DNA of 15,100 nucleotides from Candidatus Hermodarchaeota archaeon (GTDB lineage Archaea; Asgardarchaeota; Hermodarchaeia; Hermodarchaeales; Hermodarchaeaceae): NCBI GenBank assembly GCA_016840065.1, contig JAEOTB010000076.1, positions 1 to 15,100 of the forward strand, read 5' to 3'. Shown piece by piece: positions 7,420 to 15,100 of this stretch (position 1 is its first letter; each line of letters starts with the position of its first letter). The notes under the pieces were generated by a model. It saw only the letters and a program-made list of their open reading frames with translations, ran no database searches and was not told where the DNA came from. The position numbers and the translations under genes were made by a program.

Positions 7420-8262
7420 CTATTCTTCCTCCTTATCGCCTTCTTCAAAGCCTGTGTGCATCTGGAAGAAGAGATACTCTACTAGTTTGAGGGCCATTCG
7501 GCCAGGAATCGTGATTAGATATCTACCTCTTACACGTTCTTGGGTCACATACCCGGCTTCTTCTAGCTGCTTAAGATGGTGGGGAAGTGTACCAGGGGCT
7601 AATCCGGATTCCCGCATCAGGTCCTGATGATACATTGCACCATCTGATAATAGGTAGAGAAGTTTGATTCGCTCGGCACTTGCCAGGGGGGAGAGGAGTT
7701 GTTGAGCTTCTTCCGGTGGAACTGGCCGCACTGGCTTTGCTTCGTGTGTACCTGCTTCGAGATCGGTGCCATCTGGAAGGTCGGTGTCTTCGATGCGGAT
7801 TGTACGACCATGTGGGCCTACGAAAACACTTGCTCGTAGTGTTTGGTCGACCCCTCGCATCACGTCACCAATAACGGCTTTGATGTAGTGCCCCATCTCC
7901 TTGCCCATTACGCTGAGTTCTTTGCCAAGTCGGGCCATTTCCTGACCCACTTCTTTTGCTTCTCTTCCAGCCCTAATGGCTTCTCGTTTGACATCGCGCC
8001 GAATCTCTCTGGCTTCGCGTCTTGCATGTCTGTCTCTGCGTCGCCCTCCTTTGCCTTCGTGTCGGCGTGTGCGATGATCGTCTGGATGAGGTGGAGTTGG
8101 GGGGGTTGGAGGAACTGGAGGAACAGGGGGAATTGGTCCTCTGCCACGTTGTCTATCGTTCAGTTTTACTCGGATTGAGTCCATCTGGTCCTGTAACTGG
8201 CGTAGCTGTTTCCTTAGCTCGTCAAGGTTTCGTTCTTTTTCTTTGGGCATTTTTTTCTCCAT
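7420..8262 (-). CDS. ArsR/SmtB-like winged-helix transcriptional regulator with a long N-terminal extension
   Basis: C-terminal LASAERIKLLYLLSDGAMYHQDLMRESGLAPGTLPHHLKQLEEAGYV..RGRYLIT is a typical ArsR wHTH. The N-terminus has a coiled coil, a Pro-rich tract and an Arg-rich helix. The start may instead be the ATG at 8250, which has GGAG upstream. Confidence 0.85.
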   Translation of the reverse strand: MEKKMPKEKERNLDELRKQLRQLQDQMDSIRVKLNDRQRGRGPIPPVPPVPPTPPTPPHPDDHRTRRHEGKGGRRRDRHARREAREIRRDVKREAIRAGREAKEVGQEMARLGKELSVMGKEMGHYIKAVIGDVMRGVDQTLRASVFVGPHGRTIRIEDTDLPDGTDLEAGTHEAKPVRPVPPEEAQQLLSPLASAERIKLLYLLSDGAMYHQDLMRESGLAPGTLPHHLKQLEEAGYVTQERVRGRYLITIPGRMALKLVEYLFFQMHTGFEEGDKEEE

Positions 8263-8265
8263 CTT

Positions 8266-8307
8266 TCGTTTTGTGAACGATATTCGTTTACTAAACGATT
8301 TTCGTTC
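8266..8307. promoter_or_regulatory. Operator array: AACGA-n3-TCGTT palindromes at 18-bp period
   Basis: AACGAtatTCGTT at 8276-8288, AACGAtttTCGTT at 8294-8306 and an in-phase half-site TCGTT at 8266-8270, all between the TATA box and the start of the regulator gene. Confidence 0.7.
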
Positions 8308-8331
8308 TGTAATAGACCAGAGTCGTTTAAG

Positions 8332-8339
8332 TATTTAAA
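8332..8339 (-). promoter_or_regulatory. Archaeal TATA box of the ArsR-like operon
   Basis: TTTAAATA on the minus strand. The expected transcription start (about 8308) abuts the operator array. Confidence 0.55.
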
Positions 8340-8425
8340 CCTTACGAACTTGTACAACAAAACCAACCAAGCCTCCCATAACATGCAAACTTAAATCCAG
8401 TAGAGCAAAACCCCAAACGAACCCA

Positions 8426-9394
8426 ATGCCCAAACCAGACGCCATGATAGGAATGGCAGCATTCCAGCTATCCACTTTCACCTCAGAAGCAGTAGTGGAA
8501 CTGGCAGCCACAACCCTCAGAAAACACGGCCTACGAGCAGCAGAACTTCTATGCCTAGCCAACGTGCTAGGATCAAGGCGCCGTGGTGCCCTAGGATATC
8601 CATCAAAGGAACGAGCAACCAAGATTGGTAAACTAATGGAGGATTTCCAGCTTTCCATCCATGGACCCTACGCTATATCGCTAACAACAAAAGACCCAAA
8701 GATGCTACAGAACTCTCGGACCCATCTAACTCGATGTCTACGCCTAGCTGATGCGGTGGGTGCAAGCCATGTGACATTCCATGCAGGTTCGAGAAGGGGA
8801 GGACAAACTGTAAGGAATCGAGTACAACAGCGCCTTCAAGAAGTTATGGTCAAATGTGAAAAAGAGAACATAACTGCAGTACCAGCTCCAGAGGTGGGAG
8901 GGAAAATCGCTTCGTTTGGAGACTTCGAAGAGGTGTGTGCCGTAGCAGGTAATTCAGGATGCCTGTTCTGCTGGGATGTGGCACATGACTTTGCTCGAGG
9001 AGGAGATGTCATCAGCGAAGCAGGCCTTCTTCGACGAATCGAACTAATAGAACAACACATCGACCTCTCAAGGTGGCGCCTTCCTGTTCACATTTCGGGA
9101 ATCGTTGCAGGAAGACGGGGAGAAGTACGACATGCACCCTTAGGCGAGGGGAGTGGTGTACCTTGGCGCCTTTTTCTTTCCGTACTTAGAGAGCAGAAGT
9201 TCCTTGACAAGGTTGTTATAATCTGTGAGTCCAAGGCAACCAAGCGAGATGGTTTTGACTTCCGAGTAGAAGAAGCCCTAAAACTGAAAGCGTTCGTAGA
9301 CAGTGGTGAAATCGACAAAGAATATCGTCCATCGAGACCTCAATTAACACAATTTCTCAGTCAGGACAGTGTCGAGTCAGAACCAGAAGAGTGA
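8426..9394 (+). CDS. nfo: Endonuclease IV-like AP endonuclease (AP endonuclease 2 TIM barrel)
   Basis: Metal-ligand motifs occur in the expected order: HGPY, FHAG, APEV, WDVAH, VHISG, GEVRH, ICES. CTTAAAT lies about 30 nt upstream, suggesting a leaderless transcript. Confidence 0.8.
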   Translation: MPKPDAMIGMAAFQLSTFTSEAVVELAATTLRKHGLRAAELLCLANVLGSRRRGALGYPSKERATKIGKLMEDFQLSIHGPYAISLTTKDPKMLQNSRTHLTRCLRLADAVGASHVTFHAGSRRGGQTVRNRVQQRLQEVMVKCEKENITAVPAPEVGGKIASFGDFEEVCAVAGNSGCLFCWDVAHDFARGGDVISEAGLLRRIELIEQHIDLSRWRLPVHISGIVAGRRGEVRHAPLGEGSGVPWRLFLSVLREQKFLDKVVIICESKATKRDGFDFRVEEALKLKAFVDSGEIDKEYRPSRPQLTQFLSQDSVESEPEE

Positions 9395-9396
9395 GA

Positions 9397-10260
9397 CTAA
9401 AAAGTCATGTCACCATGCTCTGCCTGCACGATTGCTTTGGGCGTAGCTCGTCGCAGAGCCTCCCTTATGATATCTAGAGCCTTCCCCCTATTAGCGACAT
9501 CTATCGCAACCATACCATAAACCCGAATACCCAGTATGCGTTGGACTAGAGAAGGTTTGAGCGCTCCGGGAAGATCTTGCTTGTTAGCGATGGCTAGAAC
9601 CTCAGCAGGGATTTCCTTACGGCGAATAAGATCAATGATGTCCTTACTGTTTAAGACATTCTCAAGGGTCGAATCAGTAACAAGAAGCACGATGCGGCTA
9701 CCACGGAAATACAATTCCCAAAGCTTTCGGAAGCGATCTTGTCCAGCAAAGTCCCAACAACTTATCTCGTATGTTCCAATACGAGCCCCTTCAACTTTCT
9801 GAATATCAATAGCTACTGTTGGGGTGTAAGTTCTTGGCGGAGTCCCTCCACTCATCAGTGTGACAAGAGTGGTTTTTCCGACACCACCGTAGCCTATGAT
9901 GCTGACTTTGAGTGTTGTGACGACATAGTCTTCGAGTTTTACCATGAACTCTTCGAATTCCAGCTGATATGTGAGCACCTTCTGGAATTCTTGGATTACC
10001 GTTTCTAATTTGTCCTGAAGTGTGTTGTCTTCATCGAAGGATTCAGCACACAGGATGACCACACCACGCCCCAGGGGTTTTCCTATGAGTTTTGTGGGGC
10101 CGATTTCCTCGCAGAGAAGAACTTGGGACTCTTTTACGCGAGCGGCAAACTCTTCAACTGTGCGTAGATTTACAGTGATTATCCAGAATTTCTTATGAAC
10201 GACTATCTTGTCTCTTGCGTCAACGATGAAACAATGATGTATCAATGATACCCGACCCAC
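9397..10260 (-). CDS. Arf/Arl-like small GTPase with an N-terminal longin-like domain
   Basis: G1 GYGGVGKTT, G2 YTPTV, G3 WDFAGQ, DRFRKLWELYF, G4 NKQD, divergent G5 MVAI. About 115-aa N-terminal domain with a longin-like beta-beta-alpha-beta-beta-beta-alpha pattern. GTG start is supported by promoter spacing. Confidence 0.9.
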   Translation of the reverse strand: MGRVSLIHHCFIVDARDKIVVHKKFWIITVNLRTVEEFAARVKESQVLLCEEIGPTKLIGKPLGRGVVILCAESFDEDNTLQDKLETVIQEFQKVLTYQLEFEEFMVKLEDYVVTTLKVSIIGYGGVGKTTLVTLMSGGTPPRTYTPTVAIDIQKVEGARIGTYEISCWDFAGQDRFRKLWELYFRGSRIVLLVTDSTLENVLNSKDIIDLIRRKEIPAEVLAIANKQDLPGALKPSLVQRILGIRVYGMVAIDVANRGKALDIIREALRRATPKAIVQAEHGDMTF

Positions 10261-10282
10261 TAGGGGAAGTCTCGAAGAGGGA

Positions 10283-10296
10283 ATTTATAGTTTCCG
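10283..10296 (-). promoter_or_regulatory. BRE plus TATA box for a leaderless GTPase transcript
   Basis: Minus strand CGGAAAC-TATAAAT, ending 23 nt before the GTG at 10260. Confidence 0.6.
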
Positions 10297-10368
10297 CAGA
10301 GAGGTAGAATTCACCATGCATTAGATTGATAATCTAGTTGTTATTCTTATAGTCCAAGTCCTAGAAAC

Positions 10369-11136
10369 TTGGTGACCATCGTGGAAATCACCATCCTTGG
10401 AAGCGGTGCTTCGCTACTTTCTCCAGACCGGGTTCTAGCCGGGTTAATGATAGAGATTACAGGCAAACCATTGATTTTTGATATAGGACCAGGTGTTCTG
10501 CATCGACTGTCTTGTAGTTTACGAGATCTTACACTGATTGAACATATCTTCCTCACTCACTTTCATGTAGACCATTGCAGCGATGTTCCCGCCTTAATGC
10601 AGAGCTTGTGGCTAGAAGGATATGATAAAAACCTGAACGTCTATGGCCCGAAACACCTTGAGAACGCCTTCCAGGGTATTAGCCTAATCTTCCCCTATCT
10701 AATTCCCAAACTACCTCTCAAGCTTCATGTGATTTCACCTGGTTACCAATCAAAAACCGAGGATTGGACAGTGACAGCTTTCCCTGTCGAGCACGGTGAC
10801 ATGGAGGCCTACGGTTTTCTCATTGAAGCAGAGGGTAAGCGCGTCGTGTATTCAGGGGATACTCGCCCCTGCGCGGAAACCATCAAGCAGGCGAAAGATG
10901 CGGATTTACTAATCCATGAGTGCTCCTTACCTGATAGGATGAAAGATATGGCACCTAACCATACAACCCCTGCTGAACTAGGTGCATTGGCGGCACAAGC
11001 AGAGGTCAAGACCCTTGTTTTAACGCACCTTTATCCGGAGCTGCTGAAAGAACTCAGTGAGGCCTTAACCAGTATCCGTCGCTCCTATTCAGGAAAAGTG
11101 ATTGTTCCCCGTGACACTCAAGTAATCACAATTTAA
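10369..11136 (+). CDS. MBL-fold metallo-hydrolase, RNase Z/ElaC-AtsA-like (short form)
   Basis: Motifs FDIG, THFHVDH (HxHxDH), VEHG, YSGDT, HEC, NHT, THL. The true start may be the GTG at 10372 or 10381. Confidence 0.85.
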   Translation: MVTIVEITILGSGASLLSPDRVLAGLMIEITGKPLIFDIGPGVLHRLSCSLRDLTLIEHIFLTHFHVDHCSDVPALMQSLWLEGYDKNLNVYGPKHLENAFQGISLIFPYLIPKLPLKLHVISPGYQSKTEDWTVTAFPVEHGDMEAYGFLIEAEGKRVVYSGDTRPCAETIKQAKDADLLIHECSLPDRMKDMAPNHTTPAELGALAAQAEVKTLVLTHLYPELLKELSEALTSIRRSYSGKVIVPRDTQVITI

Positions 11137-11180
11137 ATAAAGAAGAGGAAAAATACAAAGTTACTGAAGATGACCCTATC

Positions 11181-11651
11181 ATGAAAGGCTTTGAGGATAT
11201 GCTCAGAAGAGCCGTTACGGTTCGCGACTACCTTGATGACATCCCTGATGGAGATCGCGCAAAGTATGACGAGCGTAGTTCAAGTTATGAACCCAAGCAA
11301 GAAGCGCTAAAAGAGCTGGAGAAATACTCTGACCTCTTTATTGTGGTGGCCATTGGTGCTAGCTGGTGCAAGGACTGCGTGTTACACATGCCAGTCCTTT
11401 GGCTCATCAGTGAGGAAACGGAAATTATGGTGATGGTGCTCGGAGGTGTAAAGACGGACCCTTTGAATCCTGACCGTCAATGGGCAGTGCCTCCAAGTCC
11501 CCCTGAAGTGGATACCCTACAGATAACACGGATTCCCACTATCTTGATTTACACCAAGGATGGCGTAGAGGTTGGTCGTATTATAGAACACCCAAAGCAT
11601 TCACCGACTATTGAGGAAGAACTCCTCTTCATCATGGACCAAGCAGCCTAG
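11181..11651 (+). CDS. Thioredoxin-fold protein (Thioredoxin_9-like)
   Basis: WCKDC active site, cis-Pro loop RIPT, EVGRIIEHP, and an N-terminal helical extension. Confidence 0.85.
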   Translation: MKGFEDMLRRAVTVRDYLDDIPDGDRAKYDERSSSYEPKQEALKELEKYSDLFIVVAIGASWCKDCVLHMPVLWLISEETEIMVMVLGGVKTDPLNPDRQWAVPPSPPEVDTLQITRIPTILIYTKDGVEVGRIIEHPKHSPTIEEELLFIMDQAA

Positions 11652-11762
11652 ATTTCATACGGAAATTGTCGGCTATTCCGCTGCAGGGTTACCTCCACTT
11701 ATCCACTACTCCCTAAACGTTTTAAAAGCCCCAATCCGGACACTCGAGGTTGGGAGCGTGCG

Positions 11763-14411
11763 ATGTCACATCAGGTTTGCCCTCACTGTTCAGGTAATGT
11801 GGAGGTTCGCCCAGTTGGAAAGCGTTTTCGTCTGCGCTGTAAACAATGTGGGCTCAGTTACCAGACAGGGGCTGGCGAAGTAAGCAGTCATAGGGCTGCT
11901 TATCAGCGTTTTCTGGAAGCGGTTGAGGGGAAACAGTCGTCTCAAAGGGCAGTTGTGAAGACTCGTACAAAGAGACTCATTCAACGAGCAGCAGAACCAC
12001 GTGCCCTCAGAACCCGTGATGAATTGCAACGTCATTTGAGAGCAGCTGGAGTACCATCCGTGGATGAACTTCCGATAGTATTGCAGAGGATTCTGATGGA
12101 TTCGGCAAACTGGTTGGTGAAGTACCAGCGGTTTCCTGAAACCACGCCGCCACTGGGGTCACCTGTAGCTGAAGCATCTATCAGCGAAGGTTTGAAAGCT
12201 GCTCTCCATCGGCAGGGAATTAAGCAATTCTTCAAGTTCCAAGAAGAAGCAATCAAGGCTATTCTCGCAGGCCAAGATGTCATTATCTCAGCTCCTACTG
12301 CAACTGGGAAGACCGAAGCCTTTGCTATTCCTATTATGGAAAAGATCGCCTCGCGTCGTGTTAGCTGGGGCCCCCTCCGGGCTCCCAAGACTAGGGCTGT
12401 TCAAGCTCTGTTTATCTACCCTACAAAGGCACTTGCCCGTGATCAAGCAAAGAAGTTAGCTGCTCTGGCTGCTGGATTAGATTTAGATGTGGCTACACTC
12501 GATGGAGACACCCCTGCTTCAGAAAGGGAGAGAATCTACAATTTCCCACCTGATATTCTAATTACTAATCCTGATATGCTTCACGTACACTTGATACGGC
12601 CTTTTGATCCAGTACGCCAGCTAGTTCAATCAGTTCGTCATATCGTCCTTGACGAGATGCACATTTATGTTGGAGCTTTTGGATCTAATGTCAATTTTCT
12701 CCTCCGAAGACTGCAGCGTCTTTGTCCTCCGCTTCAATTTATTGGCGCGAGCGCAACGGTGAGCAATGCCCGAGAATTTGCTGAGCTGCTCTTTGGTCGA
12801 CCAGTCAAAGACATCCATTGTGCAACCGGAAAAAAGGGCATCATTCACTTTTTGATGATTTACCCAGAGCAGGTAAGTCAGAGTCGAATGATTGTCAGTG
12901 TTGCCCAAGAATTAGTACGACAAAAATTCAAGACATTGGTATTCGCCAACACGCATCGCAACGCAGAGGTCATCAACATCATTGCCCGTCGTGGCAGAAT
13001 ATCAAGTGGAATTCACCGGGCAGGGCTACCAACAGAATACCGTCGCAAGATTGAGGACGCCTTTCGAAGAGGAAAACTGGATCTCCTAGTTTCAACCCCA
13101 ACCTTGGAACTGGGAATCGACATTGGCGATTTGGATGGGGTTGTCTCTATGCTAGTGGGAATCACTAGGCTAACTCAGCGAATAGGGAGAGCGGGAAGAA
13201 AAGGGCAAGAAAGTGTTGCAGTGCTAGCGCTACGGAATAAAGACCCCATTAGCAGCTTCTACAAGAACAACCCCGATGAGTATTTCACCGACATAGACGC
13301 TGCCTTTGTGGAACCAAAAAACGAGGTAGTTGCGTACCATCAGCTGCTTGCAGCTGCCCTCGATAAACCTCTACTGCTTGATGAGTTCCCTGAGTTCCAA
13401 CATATAATTCAGAAGCTTGTTGAGGAAGGATTACTGGTTGAGAAAAGCTCTCAGATTAAACCAGTCTTAAAGGCTGCCCTGAGAGCTATTCGACATTACT
13501 CCATCCGGGGTATTGGAGATACGGTAAGGATCATTCACCAGGGCAAGGTCATCGGAGAACGTCAGATGCCAATTGCCCAAGGTGAGCTTCACCCTGGCGC
13601 TTACTACCTTCATGCAGGGACCACCTATGAATCTGTGAGTTTCAAGTCTGAGGGAGGAATTGGTCGGGCGGTAGTAAAGCCAGTACCTGCAGGTCACCGA
13701 GAAATGACTCAAGCCATGCGCCACACAATACCTGAGGTTATCGCCATCCAGGAGACTCGTCAGGTCCATGGAGTTACAGCCCACTATGCAGATCTGCGAA
13801 TGACCGAGGTGGTCACAGGCTATGTCATCAAAGACATCTATACTGATAAAATCCTCAAAGTCAAGGAGCTTGATGTTCCCCTAGCGTATGAATACGAAAC
13901 CAAGGGACTATTCTTTACCGCACCAGTTCCCCAGGAGGCGGTTGTATCAGCATTGAACCAGCCCAGCCCTACTTTGAAAGCCATCAACGGAGTTACAGAG
14001 CAAGAAGTCGATGACGCGGTTTTACTGACAGGAGCGTTTCATGCCTTAGAACACACGCTCATAGAAAGTAGTAACATGTTAACCGGAGGCGGAAGCCAAG
14101 GTATTGGCGGCGTATCTATGGGAACTTCAGGCACCATCTTCATTTACGATGGTAGCCCTGGCGGCAGTGGCTTGGCTAAGCTGCTCTACGACAGACTAGA
14201 GGAGGCGTTTCGTCGTGTCGGAGTGATTTTACGGGATTGTGCCTGCACTGCTTTGGATGGGTGTCCTGCCTGTACATACTCTTACAAGTGCGGCAACAAC
14301 AACTCCCCTCTCTTCAAGGCTGGGGCTTTGGAGGCGGTGTCTCTTATCATTGCGGGAGCCGAAACCTCTGTTGATACTGAAGCCTCGTTATCTGAGGCCC
14401 CCATTGTGTAG
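11763..14411 (+). CDS. SF2 DEAD/DEAH helicase with C-terminal DUF1998 (MrfA/Hrq1/SftH-like) and an N-terminal Zn ribbon
   Basis: Q motif FKFQ, Walker A APTATGKT, YPTKAL, DEMH, SAT, QRIGRAGR. DUF1998 signature HALEH..IYDG..GGSG..CAC..GCPAC. N-terminal CPHC..CKQC. Confidence 0.92.
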   Translation: MSHQVCPHCSGNVEVRPVGKRFRLRCKQCGLSYQTGAGEVSSHRAAYQRFLEAVEGKQSSQRAVVKTRTKRLIQRAAEPRALRTRDELQRHLRAAGVPSVDELPIVLQRILMDSANWLVKYQRFPETTPPLGSPVAEASISEGLKAALHRQGIKQFFKFQEEAIKAILAGQDVIISAPTATGKTEAFAIPIMEKIASRRVSWGPLRAPKTRAVQALFIYPTKALARDQAKKLAALAAGLDLDVATLDGDTPASERERIYNFPPDILITNPDMLHVHLIRPFDPVRQLVQSVRHIVLDEMHIYVGAFGSNVNFLLRRLQRLCPPLQFIGASATVSNAREFAELLFGRPVKDIHCATGKKGIIHFLMIYPEQVSQSRMIVSVAQELVRQKFKTLVFANTHRNAEVINIIARRGRISSGIHRAGLPTEYRRKIEDAFRRGKLDLLVSTPTLELGIDIGDLDGVVSMLVGITRLTQRIGRAGRKGQESVAVLALRNKDPISSFYKNNPDEYFTDIDAAFVEPKNEVVAYHQLLAAALDKPLLLDEFPEFQHIIQKLVEEGLLVEKSSQIKPVLKAALRAIRHYSIRGIGDTVRIIHQGKVIGERQMPIAQGELHPGAYYLHAGTTYESVSFKSEGGIGRAVVKPVPAGHREMTQAMRHTIPEVIAIQETRQVHGVTAHYADLRMTEVVTGYVIKDIYTDKILKVKELDVPLAYEYETKGLFFTAPVPQEAVVSALNQPSPTLKAINGVTEQEVDDAVLLTGAFHALEHTLIESSNMLTGGGSQGIGGVSMGTSGTIFIYDGSPGGSGLAKLLYDRLEEAFRRVGVILRDCACTALDGCPACTYSYKCGNNNSPLFKAGALEAVSLIIAGAETSVDTEASLSEAPIV

Positions 14412-15100
14412 CTAGAAGCTTGGCGTTATGCTTGCTCGAAGCTTGGGGAAAAGCACTTCGACCAAGGCCTGTTTAGTTGAGTAACAGAGAACATCAGGGT
14501 AAATCTCCGTCAGTTCAGTAATGGTTCTGTAACCCATGAGGAGTTGGTTGATTACTAACGGTGGAAGCCTTACCTCCATTTGCTGGAGTTTATGAATAGC
14601 CAATTCAGTTATGTCAGCTAGACGTCCTTCGCGAAAGACCAGTTCGAAGCCTTCTCTGTAGCAACTTAGCTTTAGAGTATCGGTCAATCCTTGGAACTCC
14701 GAATTCGACAAGCGTTGTTCTAGCACTGGTGTAATTAGCTCTAGAAATTTCTTGATTGATGGAATACGAATGTACCAAGCATAAGTATCTCTTAATTTTG
14801 CTCCTGCTAGCCCCTCAAGGCGAGGCATTAGTGATTGCCTTGATGGGGGACAAATCCTCAAAGGGCATTTGTGTTCCTGTACTTTTGTTTTTAAGAATCG
14901 GAGAACTGGTGGAATCATTTGAATGTCTTGGAGCCATAACTCTTTGACAACGAGGGTTCCAAAGTCAATTCCCAGGTAAAAGGCACCAACGACTTGGTCT
15001 TTCTGTTTGACGATGTAGAATCTAATCGATGCGGTTTCGCCTAGTTCTCCTGTTGAATAGAATAGGAAGTGCTCAGATCCGAGTTCGTAGTACAAATCCA
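14412..15100 (-). CDS. C-terminal part of a probable Eis-like GNAT acetyltransferase (5' end outside the window)
   Basis: The frame stays open to the window edge. YAWYIRIPSIKKFLELITPVLEQRL and NQLLMGYRTITEL..LVEVLFP resemble the second GNAT and SCP2-like domains of Eis-type proteins. Confidence 0.7.
   Translation of the reverse strand, partial: DLYYELGSEHFLFYSTGELGETASIRFYIVKQKDQVVGAFYLGIDFGTLVVKELWLQDIQMIPPVLRFLKTKVQEHKCPLRICPPSRQSLMPRLEGLAGAKLRDTYAWYIRIPSIKKFLELITPVLEQRLSNSEFQGLTDTLKLSCYREGFELVFREGRLADITELAIHKLQQMEVRLPPLVINQLLMGYRTITELTEIYPDVLCYSTKQALVEVLFPKLRASITPSF

Noticed and set aside
8266-8307. CRISPR mini-array or iteron interpretation of the 18-bp repeats
   Set aside because: Units are only 13 bp with 5-bp gaps, and no cas or initiator gene is nearby. 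Position fits an operator.
10243-10260. N-myristoylation signal (MG...) on the Arf-like GTPase
   Set aside because: MGRVSL does not fit MGxxxS, it precedes a longin-like domain rather than an amphipathic helix, and N-myristoyltransferase is not established in archaea.
10369-11136. Calling the MBL hydrolase rnz (tRNase Z)
   Set aside because: No evident tRNA-binding exosite insertion and the N-terminal GT..P motif is divergent, so the substrate is uncertain.
11763-14411. DISARM/Druantia-type defence island
   Set aside because: No methylase, SNF2, PLD or other defence genes adjacent; the context is housekeeping.
325-14947. Remaining short ORFs of the six-frame track
   Set aside because: They are nested in or antisense to well-supported genes and lack motifs; treated as shadow ORFs.

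Overview
Archaeal chromosomal window, probably from an Asgard-type lineage. This is inferred from archaeal TATA/BRE promoters, GGAGG/GAGGTGA ribosome-binding sites, an archaeal-type endonuclease IV and DUF1998 helicase, and a longin-like/Arf-like GTPase fusion. Gene order: Cys-rich 4Fe-4S protein (-); 1632-aa uncharacterised protein (-) with TPR/solenoid, Ig-like, duplicated NPP1/Vps62-like modules and a C-terminal membrane anchor; a structured intergenic region holding an uncalled 44-aa ORF; a hypothetical beta-rich protein and an extended ArsR-like regulator (-) with an 18-bp-periodic palindromic operator array; endonuclease IV-like protein (+); longin-Arf-like GTPase (-); RNase Z-like MBL hydrolase, thioredoxin-fold protein and MrfA/Hrq1-like helicase (+); and a truncated Eis-like GNAT (-). 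No tRNA, rRNA, CRISPR array or mobile element was seen. The most notable signals are the giant tail-anchored protein, an abrupt flip of silent-site strand bias inside its gene, the operator array, and the structured 6.45-6.7 kb region. All family assignments come from reading motifs by eye; no searches were run.
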